Assembly (NCBI GenBank): GCA_029259055.1
Contig: JAPDJP010000015.1
Coordinates: 16,721-80,720, forward strand
Direction of reading: 5' to 3'
DNA from: Thermoplasmatota archaeon
GTDB lineage: Archaea > Thermoplasmatota > E2 > UBA202 > JdFR-43
DNA length: 64,000 bases
A model generated the notes under the pieces. It saw nothing but the letters and a program-made list of their open reading frames with translations, was not told the DNA's origin and did not search any database. The translations under genes and the position numbers were made by a program. Below are positions 28,201 to 36,399 of this stretch, piece after piece. The number at the start of each line of letters is the position of its first letter. The first letter of the stretch is position 1.

Positions 28201-30415
28201 TGTTTTGATACCAGCTGTCCAAATCAGTACCATATACCTTGCTCCCACTATGTGCTCCCGGAGGCCCAAAAGTAGGAACGCCCCACTCCCACTCATCCTT
28301 TGCTCCTCCATGTGTCCAGCCAGGATTTGTTTCAAAATCCTCATCTAATACAATTGTCCAACTACTCCCATTTGACATTAAGGAATATTTAAATAAATCA
28401 TCTGATTTCTTATGTAAAGCATACAATTTTATTGGAGATTTTATTTCCAAATAAGAAACACCAATTTGTCCTGAAGAAGTATTTTCTATTCCATACAATA
28501 TACCTGCTGCATAATATGGTTTACCTCTAAAGTAAGTATAGCCTAATCTTCCTGAAAATGGTTCGTATGCTGGATTGTAATCAATACCTCCAGATGGTTC
28601 TATAAGCCCTAAAACATCACCAAGCCATATCTCACTCGATGTTACGCCATTCCCTGGATAATTTTGCAAATCTCTAACAACATATGTTCCACATAACAAC
28701 AATGTTCCTGCTGTTACATTTCCAGTTAGATGCTGAGCTAATTCATATACATGGTTTGCATTGTCATCTCCTCCACTGCTATCATTCCAATATTCTCCTT
28801 CCGTCATTGGCGTACTCCAGTAGTTTGGATGAGATAGCCATGGCTCATAGTTTGCATATCCTCCATCCCCTGGAAAATCACCACAACTCCATATTACTAT
28901 ATCGAATTGATTAATTAAGGCATCATCTATTCTTTGTCCTCTAAGTTCTTCAGAAGTATAGGAGTCATTTGTAAAATACCAGTCATCAATTGCCTTTGCA
29001 TATAAGAATTGGGACTCCGGCATAATATTCTGACACGCTTGAATAATATTATCTATTCCACTTTCCCAACCAATTGGGGTATTATCAACAATTAGGAAGG
29101 TGGGAGGCGAGACAGCGGGCTTTGGATATACTCTAATTATTTTGCTTGTACTATTTTGTCCTCCTTCATTATCGACTACTGTTAAAGTTACTGTATAGTT
29201 GCCTGGCTCCGTAAATTTATGACTTACCGTTGAACCATTTGCAGTAAATCCGTCTCCAAAATCCCAATACCATTCAACAATATATCCATCTTTATCAAAT
29301 GAATATGGTTCTCCTCCATCAAAATTTACGGTAATTACTGTGGTTATATTCCTTGGAGAATAGGAAAAACCGGCGATTGGCAATATGTTTGGAACAACTA
29401 TGGTTTTTTCGAAATATGCCTGCTCCCCATTATCGTCTGTTACAATTAATGTTACAGTATAACTTCCGCTATATTGATAGGTATGGCTTGGATTTGGAAC
29501 AGAAGAGGTACTGCCGTCTCCGAAATTCCAGAAATATGAGACGATTTCACCATCTGGGTCGGTGACATTTGCATAGAAATTAATTGTACCATCTATATTA
29601 GGATCGACATACCATTCAAAATCTCCTACAGGTGGCTTATTATATGTAACATTAACTGGTGGAGGGACATTTACTCCTATTCCTGTTGTTGATGATGCTG
29701 TCTGCCCTTCATCATCAACAACTGTTAAGGTGACATAATATATGCCCGTCGATAAATATCTATGTAGAACATTTACTCCATAGGCATCTGTAATTCCATC
29801 ACTTTCAAAATCCCATTTATATAATACAATTCTCCCTCCGTCAGGATCGTAGCTTGAGGAAGCATCAAATATAATGATTTCTGATTTTCCTGTGCTATTA
29901 ATAAATTTTGGATCAAGAGGTGTATAAGTGAATAATGCCATTGGAGGAGATATTCTGACTAAGCCCTCCTGTAAAATACCAGACATAATAATGGAGTTGC
30001 TGGCTTTGTCAACAACAACGACGCTTATCTGCCAGTTTGTTATATTTCCAAATATTTGGTCTGCATATATTTCAACATACTCTCCTAACTCCCACCTTCC
30101 ATTATCATCTCCACTAAAATGAACGTTATCTTCCTTTGGTATCCCATTTTTATCAAAATTACAGCAAAAACTTTCCATCTCTCCCTTATGAACTATTATT
30201 CTAATTTCAGAAAGCTTTATCGCCTCCCCTCCTTTATGCTGTATAACAATTTTTTCTTCTTCAATATATCCAACCAAATTTAAATCAGGAGAAGATGAAG
30301 GGTTACCAGTTGATAAAACATATATTGCGAAAGCTGAAAAAGCAATTATAGCAATAGCTAACAAAATGACTGTCCCGACTACTTCTGATATTCCTTTATT
30401 TCCTAATCTTAACAT
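25262..30415 (-). CDS. Gene A: giant type IV pilin-like adhesin (archaeal pilin N-domain, 3 PKD, alpha/beta domain with inserted MAM-like jelly roll, long beta-helix)
   Basis: NKG|ISEVVGTVILLAIAII class III signal; QHKGGEAI and WELGE of DUF1628-type pilins; roughly 30 PbH1-type N.I..N.I..N..GI.L repeats; SD AAGGTGA. Confidence 0.83.
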   Translation of the reverse strand: MLRLGNKGISEVVGTVILLAIAIIAFSAFAIYVLSTGNPSSSPDLNLVGYIEEEKIVIQHKGGEAIKLSEIRIIVHKGEMESFCCNFDKNGIPKEDNVHFSGDDNGRWELGEYVEIYADQIFGNITNWQISVVVVDKASNSIIMSGILQEGLVRISPPMALFTYTPLDPKFINSTGKSEIIIFDASSSYDPDGGRIVLYKWDFESDGITDAYGVNVLHRYLSTGIYYVTLTVVDDEGQTASSTTGIGVNVPPPVNVTYNKPPVGDFEWYVDPNIDGTINFYANVTDPDGEIVSYFWNFGDGSTSSVPNPSHTYQYSGSYTVTLIVTDDNGEQAYFEKTIVVPNILPIAGFSYSPRNITTVITVNFDGGEPYSFDKDGYIVEWYWDFGDGFTANGSTVSHKFTEPGNYTVTLTVVDNEGGQNSTSKIIRVYPKPAVSPPTFLIVDNTPIGWESGIDNIIQACQNIMPESQFLYAKAIDDWYFTNDSYTSEELRGQRIDDALINQFDIVIWSCGDFPGDGGYANYEPWLSHPNYWSTPMTEGEYWNDSSGGDDNANHVYELAQHLTGNVTAGTLLLCGTYVVRDLQNYPGNGVTSSEIWLGDVLGLIEPSGGIDYNPAYEPFSGRLGYTYFRGKPYYAAGILYGIENTSSGQIGVSYLEIKSPIKLYALHKKSDDLFKYSLMSNGSSWTIVLDEDFETNPGWTHGGAKDEWEWGVPTFGPPGAHSGSKVYGTDLDSWYQNNANCWLKTGSIDLSNFTTAVLEFYDWYYIVYGYHNTYDYVYLEISDDGGSTWQTIAVFYGDQRSWTHHTIDISAFAGKVIQIRWRLVSDWRWRSYGYYLDDVVVKGSKSSIPVGYYAIDAERGRNRSIILGFDLNADEITQESRENYLRNVLAWLAEGAGYATEVWVNNDATEEWLNQPNHFATIQEGINAVTPGGKVYVIGSSGQIYYEDVVLNKSIDLIGIDNPTIFASQTGIEVTIDWAKIEGFVIKGDLQTGILVSNSARVKIINCTISGANNGIYLLSSHNNTIQGNIIKNCTNGIFGSNSLGNKILNNDIKNNGYGLYLYRASLNTIDKNNISQNGIGLFIDSAESNIISNNAFIGNAQEGIYLMSSTNRNEIINNKIINNDRGIRLEISNTNSLINNTIAKNDLEAILIEKFSHTNTLRENKIYNNSIAISLQNSSNNDLILNDIYLNSKGISAYYSASNIIVSNTIMNNTYAINLSTSSNNNTIVSNVISGNLQAIYIYQGNKNNISSNEILYNGNGIYLAFSMLTTNGENIIANNNISFNNGTAICLYRSVGNYIKNNTILSNTKEGIKLSYLSSDNYIIKNIIRNNLKGVCIEKGNYNIIKENAISQNDYGIVLSSYSSENTILNNTIENNGYGMQFLSASTNSIINNTIKSNFQGIWLSDSHNNKIMNNTISNNTQNGIYISSSDDNDIMNNTIYSNSYDGIYLLLSGGSGNTILNNTIFWNKNGIYLDRSRSATAGNNEIIGNRIYENRENGIYLYSSSINSIQNNQIYNNSGNGIFLNKSHSNTIQLNEIRENNLHGLYLYSSNNNDIQKNNISFNLNGIYILLSSQGDSLPITDNLIWNNSNAGILINSSNSNYIMHNIIWNNSYGIFVISSSTNNEVYENNITTNDYGIYVASQDCTANKFYYNNFINNTLHNDSQAYDAGNNSWYISTSGNYWNEHISTDPYIIPPGINQDKYPLLSPRKWWL

Positions 30416-30510
30416 TTTAAATCACCTTGCTAATTTTTTGCTAACAATTTAATAACAATCTGATTATAAAAATTTTTCGAATAATTTTTTAGTTCTGACA
30501 CTATAGCTTT

Positions 30511-31749
30511 ATGAAATGGCTTGCCTTAATAATATTATTTATCTTACTTATTCATTCATTTGGGCCTTTTCAAACCAATTATGAAAGAATTATAGAAATA
30601 CCGGGAAAAATAATTGTTAAAATAATAGAGCCCAAGAAACCAAGATATATATTTAAAGCTCCTATCATCATAGAGGTTGGAGGGTTTGTTTCAAAAACGG
30701 GCTTTTCCGAAAGTATGAAAGATATCGTAGATTATGGATTTATCCACATTTCATTTTTATATCCTGGTTGTTCTGATGATGGTTATAAAAGTGGCGGAAA
30801 TTTTGATTATGGAGGAGATAATTGTACATATGCATTATATCAAGTAATTAGATATGCTACTGGAGAAATTGAAGATATGCATGGTAATAAAATAAGTGAT
30901 ATTATACCATATGCAATGGTTGACAATGTTGGTTTATATACTTTTTCTCATCCAGGAATAATAGCCACAAAAGTAATTGCATTATATGATACAAAATTGA
31001 AATATTTTGTTGGACACGAAAACCCTACATGTAGCGCAATTACCGCTTTTGATTTAGGATATTATGAAAATATGAAAGCAGTAGTTAATCCAACATATGA
31101 TTATCCAGATGATTATTCTGATGAAAATGTATATCCAGATTATAGTAAAGTTGCTTTTGATTATGTTAAAAATATCCCATATTTAGATTTAAATGGAAAC
31201 AAAATTTTAGATAAGGGAGATTTCCCCTTCAAAGAAAATGTTCCAACATTTTTTGGAAAAAGGTTTTATTCAATAGCATTGACAGAAGCATTAAACAAAA
31301 GCATATCAAAATGGCCTCCAGATATTGCAACAGTAGAGGAATGTAAAAGAATATGGTCTGAGAGAGAATCAACAAGATATTACAAGCTTATCAAAGGCGA
31401 TGTAAAGGTTATGCTTGTATTTGGAGAGCCAGACCACGCCCAGCCAAGCAAAGATAAGCCCCATATTCATCAGGCATACAATGGTTTTAGAAAAAGAGGA
31501 ATATGGGTAAGGTTAAATCCAGATGCATCATATACGATGCATATTGCAAAAATATCTACTCCTGATAATCCTGCAAATCATGAACCACAAAACTGGCTTA
31601 ATATTAGTAAATGGGCATATAATGCTACTTTGCCATCGATAAGAAGATTAGTTGGTATAGCAGCTATTGCGGAAATGGCAGATAGAGTTTATACTAATAA
31701 TTGGGAGGAAAATATAGATGGTATATTAATATGGAATGGGACATTATAG
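30511..31749 (+). CDS. Secreted hypothetical protein, possibly alpha/beta-hydrolase fold
   Basis: N-terminal signal; PIIIEVGG, SGG.FDYGG, VGLYTFSHPG nucleophile-elbow-like, DHAQ; Ca-loop-like DLNGNKILD. Confidence 0.55.
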   Translation: MKWLALIILFILLIHSFGPFQTNYERIIEIPGKIIVKIIEPKKPRYIFKAPIIIEVGGFVSKTGFSESMKDIVDYGFIHISFLYPGCSDDGYKSGGNFDYGGDNCTYALYQVIRYATGEIEDMHGNKISDIIPYAMVDNVGLYTFSHPGIIATKVIALYDTKLKYFVGHENPTCSAITAFDLGYYENMKAVVNPTYDYPDDYSDENVYPDYSKVAFDYVKNIPYLDLNGNKILDKGDFPFKENVPTFFGKRFYSIALTEALNKSISKWPPDIATVEECKRIWSERESTRYYKLIKGDVKVMLVFGEPDHAQPSKDKPHIHQAYNGFRKRGIWVRLNPDASYTMHIAKISTPDNPANHEPQNWLNISKWAYNATLPSIRRLVGIAAIAEMADRVYTNNWEENIDGILIWNGTL

Positions 31750-32369
31750 CAAGAAGTTTTGATGCAACAAGAAAACATGCATGGGAGGAGTGCTTAAAGT
31801 TTATAGAGGAAGTATATGGCAATGTAATTGACATTGGATGTGGAAATGCTCGCCATTTAATCCATATTGTCAAAAAAAGCGAAATGGCTGTGGGAATAGA
31901 TAAATCTTATAGGATGCTTGAAATTTGTAAGGAAAAAATCAAAGATGCCTTGCTGGTTTGCGGTGACGCCTGTCATTTGCCTTTTAAGGATAATACCTTT
32001 GATTTTGCCTTGTTTATTGCTACTTTGCATAATATAAAAGGGAGGGAAAATAGAATAAAGGCGTTAAAAGAATTAAAAAGAGTTTTAAAAAAGAATGGTA
32101 AAGCATTGATATCGGTATGGGCAAAATGGCAAGATAAATGGAGGAAACATTTTATAAAAGAATTATTCAAATTTTGGAAAGAGCATGGAGATATATACAT
32201 TCCTTGGAGGAAGGATGGATTGAATGTTATGAGATTTTATCATTTATATAGTAAAAGAGAATTTAAAAGAGATATTGAGAAAGCGGGACTTAAAATAGAT
32301 AGAATATGGAGTGTTAAGAAGGTATCAAAAAAATATGCAGATAATCATTTTGCAATAGTTAGAAAATAA
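31731..32369 (+). CDS. Class I SAM-dependent methyltransferase, Trm9/ALKBH8-like
   Basis: IARSFDATR..AW, motif I VIDIGCGNAR, GDACHLPFKDNTFD, IATLHNI, RFYHLY. Confidence 0.8.
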   Translation: MEWDIIARSFDATRKHAWEECLKFIEEVYGNVIDIGCGNARHLIHIVKKSEMAVGIDKSYRMLEICKEKIKDALLVCGDACHLPFKDNTFDFALFIATLHNIKGRENRIKALKELKRVLKKNGKALISVWAKWQDKWRKHFIKELFKFWKEHGDIYIPWRKDGLNVMRFYHLYSKREFKRDIEKAGLKIDRIWSVKKVSKKYADNHFAIVRK

Positions 32370-32707
32370 AAAGCGATGAAAATAATAAAAATGGAAATGA
32401 TAAAGAGAAAGATTAAAAGCCATATGCTATGATCATTTGATATTATTATAGGAATGGGACCAATAAATATTATTCCTTTTTTTTCAGTTTGTGGTTGTAA
32501 TGAAGAAAAAGAGGAAGAGAAATCAAAAAATGATAATATGATGGAAATAAATATAAGGAAAATACCTATCAAAGAAAATATACCTGTTGAAAATATAAAA
32601 GGAAATATAATTATGATTCCAGCTTTTGCCTCTCCTCTTATAAAATCTAAGATTATGAGTATGATTCCCAATATAAATAAAATTAAAGGCAAATTTCTAT
32701 TTTCCAT
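32345..32707 (-). CDS. DUF131/TIGR00304-type membrane protein
   Basis: Hydrophobic; GIIIIFPFIF and GIIFIGPIPII motifs. Confidence 0.75.
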   Translation of the reverse strand: MENRNLPLILFILGIILIILDFIRGEAKAGIIIIFPFIFSTGIFSLIGIFLIFISIILSFFDFSSSFSSLQPQTEKKGIIFIGPIPIIISNDHSIWLLIFLFIISIFIIFIAFYFLTIAK

Positions 32708-33569
32708 ATCTTCTCTGCCTCCTTTGATAGGATTGTATTGCTTTTAAAAAGTCAAGTTTCTTTAAGGCTGGCCAGTAAACATCGGTAAAATATAATTCAG
32801 AATAGGCAAGTTGCCATAATAAAAAGTTTGAAATTCTTTCCTCTCCAGAAGTTCTTAAAACTAAATCTGGATCAGGAATTGGTAGATGAGATGTATAAAG
32901 ATATGAAGAAAGTAATTCTTTATTTATATCTTCAGGCTTTATTTTTCCATTTTTAACATCATATGCGATTTTTTTCATAGCTTCCACTATTTCCTCCCTC
33001 CCTCCGTAACCAATTGCAATGTTGAAATAATATCTATCATAATTTTTCGTTTTTTCCATAACTTCTTCAGCAGCTTTTCTAACATTTTCTGGCAGAAGTT
33101 CTATTTGCCCTATTACTTTTACTCTAACCCTATTTTTATGTGTTCTTTCATCATTTGCCAATCTTCTTAAATCTTTTTCAAATAAATTCATTAAATGCTC
33201 AACTTCTCTTTTATCCCTTTTAAAGTTATCCGTTGAAAAAGCAAAAACAGTTAATATTTTTACACCGATTTCATGACACCATTCTATGACATCTTCAAGC
33301 TTATCTTTCCCCAGTTCATGTCCCTTATAAGGAGGGAATCCTTCTTTTAAAGCATATCTTCTGTTTCCATCCATTATTATTGCAATATGTTGAGGAATTG
33401 GTTTCCTTTTTATTTCTTCCATCAATTTTTTTTCCATTAACTTTTCTGTTTCTCTGTAAATAAGCTTAAATAACTTATTTTGCTTTATCCTTCTTATTAC
33501 GTGTTTTGCAAAATCTGTTTCTATTGTTTTTCTTCCTAAATCTTCAAGTTTTTTTAGTTCTTTCTTCAT
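32697..33569 (-). CDS. uppS: cis-prenyltransferase (polyprenyl diphosphate synthase)
   Basis: HIAIIMDGNRR, FAFSTDNFKR, YGGREEI, PDLVLRTSGEERISNFLLWQ, RRYGK. Confidence 0.96.
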   Translation of the reverse strand: MKKELKKLEDLGRKTIETDFAKHVIRRIKQNKLFKLIYRETEKLMEKKLMEEIKRKPIPQHIAIIMDGNRRYALKEGFPPYKGHELGKDKLEDVIEWCHEIGVKILTVFAFSTDNFKRDKREVEHLMNLFEKDLRRLANDERTHKNRVRVKVIGQIELLPENVRKAAEEVMEKTKNYDRYYFNIAIGYGGREEIVEAMKKIAYDVKNGKIKPEDINKELLSSYLYTSHLPIPDPDLVLRTSGEERISNFLLWQLAYSELYFTDVYWPALKKLDFLKAIQSYQRRQRRYGK

Positions 33570-33640
33570 TTCTTATTTTTATATTCACCCATCTTTAAAT
33601 AATTTTGCAAACATTTTATATGTTTATAGCAATATCCAAT

Positions 33641-34561
33641 ATGAAAGCTGTAATTGCATTAGGAGGAAATGCATTAACTGGTAAAGACAGGAAAACAGAC
33701 ATAAAATTGCAGTTTGAAACAACAAGAAATACTGCGAAGTCAATTGCTAAAATGATAAAGAATGGATGGCATATTGTAATAACTCATGGGAATGGCCCAC
33801 AAATTGGCTCTCTCCTTTTACAACAAAAGAAAGCTATGCACGAAATTCCTTCAATGCCTCTCCATGTTTTAGGAGCTTTAACCCAAGGACAGATTGGTTA
33901 CATAATTCAGCAATGTTTATTAAATGAATTTAAAAAGCAAGGAATAAAAAGAGAAGTTGTAACGATAATAACGCAAGTTATAGTTGATGAGAAGGACCCA
34001 GCTTTCAAAAAGCCAACAAAACCAATTGGGCCAGTTTATAATGATAAGGAAGCAAATGAAATGAAGAAAAGCTATGTTATGGGAAGAGTCGAGAATGGCT
34101 GGAGAATTCTTGTTCCCTCTCCAAAGCCAATATCAATAGTTGAATCAAAAATAATCAAAAAATTAATTGAAGAAAATGTTATCGTCATTGCTGCGGGAGG
34201 CGGGGGAATCCCGGTGGTAAGAAAAAATGGAATCTTAGAAGGGAAAGATGCTGTTATAGACAAAGATTTAGCGTCTCAAAAATTGGCTAATGAAATTGGG
34301 GCGGATATTCTTCTTATTTTAACAGATGTGGATTATGTTTATTTAAATTATGGAAAGGAGAATGAAATTGAAATTAGGGAGGCAAAAGTCGAGGAAATAG
34401 AAAAATATTATAGGGAGGGTCATTTTCCGCCGGGTTCAATGGGTCCGAAAATAGAAGCTGCAATAAATTTTATCAAGAATGGAGGCAAAGAAGCAATAAT
34501 TACTTCTATTGATAAAGCATGGGAAGCTATAGAAGGAAGAGCAGGTACTCACATCTTCTGA
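33641..34561 (+). CDS. arcC: Carbamate kinase
   Basis: VIALGGNAL, THGNGPQIG, PTKPIGP, VPSPKP, AVIDKD, GSMGPK, GT.I. Confidence 0.95.
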   Translation: MKAVIALGGNALTGKDRKTDIKLQFETTRNTAKSIAKMIKNGWHIVITHGNGPQIGSLLLQQKKAMHEIPSMPLHVLGALTQGQIGYIIQQCLLNEFKKQGIKREVVTIITQVIVDEKDPAFKKPTKPIGPVYNDKEANEMKKSYVMGRVENGWRILVPSPKPISIVESKIIKKLIEENVIVIAAGGGGIPVVRKNGILEGKDAVIDKDLASQKLANEIGADILLILTDVDYVYLNYGKENEIEIREAKVEEIEKYYREGHFPPGSMGPKIEAAINFIKNGGKEAIITSIDKAWEAIEGRAGTHIF

Positions 34562-35751
34562 TTTTTTAGTGATTCTATATCTATTTCTTCTTGTTTTCCG
34601 CTTACCATATCTTTTATTAAAACCTTTCCCTTTTCCCATTCTTCAGGAGCGACTATAACAACTTTTTTTATTCCCTTCCTGTTTGCGTAATCCAGAGATT
34701 TTGAAATACTCCTTCTCATCAAATCCATTTCAACTTTCATTCCTTCTTTTCTGAGCATTTTAGCTATTTTTATTGCTTCCTTTAGCATGCCATGCATATA
34801 CGCAATATAGATTGGTTTTTCTACCTCTACAAATTTAAATCCTTCCATTTCTAAAGCCAGCAAGGTTCTATCAAAACCTATGGCAAATCCTGCTGTAGGC
34901 GTTGATTTTCCACCAAGTAAAGGAACCAAACTATATTCTCCCCCTCCGCATATTTGTTTCTCCGCCCCCAGCTTAGGAGCATCGATTTCAAAAACTATGC
35001 CGATATAATATTCCAATCCTCTTGCAATTGATAAATCTATATTATATGGAACAGAAAACTCTTCCAGAAATTCAATAACTTCTTTCATTTTGTCTATTTC
35101 CTTATAATCTTGTTTAAGCTCATCCAAATCTTTTATATTAATGAATTTTTCAAATTCCTCAAAATTTCTTATTTTTTTCTTCAATTCATCAAAATCTTTT
35201 TTATCGATTAATCTCATGATTTCTGCATCATTTGCGCCAATACTATCTAAAAATTTTCTAAGAATATCAAGATTTCCTATTCTAAGAACAATATTTTTTA
35301 GTCCTATTTCTTTTAATATATCATATGCCATTGTAATAAGCTCTGCTATTGCCTCAGGCTTATTACTTCCTATAAGTTCGCAACCGAATTGCCAAAATTC
35401 CCTATACCTTCCTTTCTGGGGTCTATCATATCTAAAACAATTACCAAAGTAATAAAATTTCAGTGGCTTAGGCTCCATTTGAAATTTTTCTACATAAAAA
35501 CGCATAACAGGCGCCGTCAATTCAGGACGCAAAGCTAATTTTCTGCCAGCCTTATCCTCAAATGCATATGTTTCTTCTATAATTCCCTCACCTGATTTTA
35601 AAGTAAAAAGTTCCAGATGCTCAATAGTTGGTGTAGAAATTTCTTCATATCCATATTTTTCAAAAATTTCTCTCATTTTTGTCTCAAGCCACCTCCTTTT
35701 CTGCATTTCTTGGGGAGTAAAATCTCTTGTCCCCCTTGGTTTTGAAATCAT
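34549..35751 (-). CDS. hisS: Histidyl-tRNA synthetase
   Basis: KPRGTRDF, ALRPELT, FRYDRPQKGRYREFWQ, ARGLEYY, GGG.Y, GFAIGFDR. Confidence 0.97.
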   Translation of the reverse strand: MISKPRGTRDFTPQEMQKRRWLETKMREIFEKYGYEEISTPTIEHLELFTLKSGEGIIEETYAFEDKAGRKLALRPELTAPVMRFYVEKFQMEPKPLKFYYFGNCFRYDRPQKGRYREFWQFGCELIGSNKPEAIAELITMAYDILKEIGLKNIVLRIGNLDILRKFLDSIGANDAEIMRLIDKKDFDELKKKIRNFEEFEKFINIKDLDELKQDYKEIDKMKEVIEFLEEFSVPYNIDLSIARGLEYYIGIVFEIDAPKLGAEKQICGGGEYSLVPLLGGKSTPTAGFAIGFDRTLLALEMEGFKFVEVEKPIYIAYMHGMLKEAIKIAKMLRKEGMKVEMDLMRRSISKSLDYANRKGIKKVVIVAPEEWEKGKVLIKDMVSGKQEEIDIESLKNQKM

Positions 35752-35850
35752 GAGAAATAAATGCTTTAAGTTATAAATGTTTTAAGATGATTTGGCGATA
35801 AGCACACAATAAAGATAAAATTTTTTATTTAGAATTTGTATTCCTCCACA

Positions 35851-36015
35851 ATGAAAATGAAAAGCCTATTATACATATTCCTTGCATTTGTACTTCCATG
35901 GCTACTAATAATATCTGGATTGATCGCCAATGTATACAACGTGTGGCTATATGTGGGCAGTATAACATGGTTCTTAATGTGCCTTCTTTTTTTCCTCTCT
36001 TTTTATAAAATGTGA
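35851..36015 (+). CDS. 54-aa small membrane protein with two TM segments (absent from ORF track)
   Basis: Hand translation MKMKSLLYIFLAFVLPWLLIISGLIANVYNVWLYVGSITWFLMCLLFFLSFYKM; TATA-like TTTTTATT about 25 nt upstream; fills an otherwise empty 300-bp gap. Confidence 0.65.
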   Translation: MKMKSLLYIFLAFVLPWLLIISGLIANVYNVWLYVGSITWFLMCLLFFLSFYKM

Positions 36016-36054
36016 AAGTTTTGAAAAGTTTTAAAAACAAATATTATTTCAAAA

Positions 36055-36399
36055 ATGATAAAGATGATCTTCGGGAAAAAGAAAGAGGAATATATTGATT
36101 TGGAGGAATATGATATAGGTATAACAAAGGAAGAGGAAGCAAAGATGTATGTAAAAGTTGCAGAAATTCAAAGATACGATGATTTGAAAGATTTTGCAAA
36201 ATATGTTTATGAAGGAAATTTACTTATACTTGATATAACTCCAGTTTCAGTTGATGATATTGAATTAGAAAGAATAATGAATGAATTAAAAAGGATAGTT
36301 AAAGATATAAATGGAGATATTGCTGGTTTAGATAGAAATCATTTCATAGTAACTCCCACTGGAGTAAAAATAGACAGGAGAAAATTAAGAAAATTCTGA
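36055..36399 (+). CDS. sepF: Cell division protein SepF
   Basis: YVKVAEI...VYEGNLLILDI...INGDIAGL....IVTPTGVKIDR. Confidence 0.9.
   Translation: MIKMIFGKKKEEYIDLEEYDIGITKEEEAKMYVKVAEIQRYDDLKDFAKYVYEGNLLILDITPVSVDDIELERIMNELKRIVKDINGDIAGLDRNHFIVTPTGVKIDRRKLRKF

Noticed and set aside
13103-30415. True cellulosome or mobile island interpretation
   Set aside because: No recognisable glycoside hydrolase domains; no integrase, transposase or flanking att repeats
35825-36040. 71-aa minus-strand ORF
   Set aside because: The opposite-strand 54-aa two-TM ORF has better composition and promoter context
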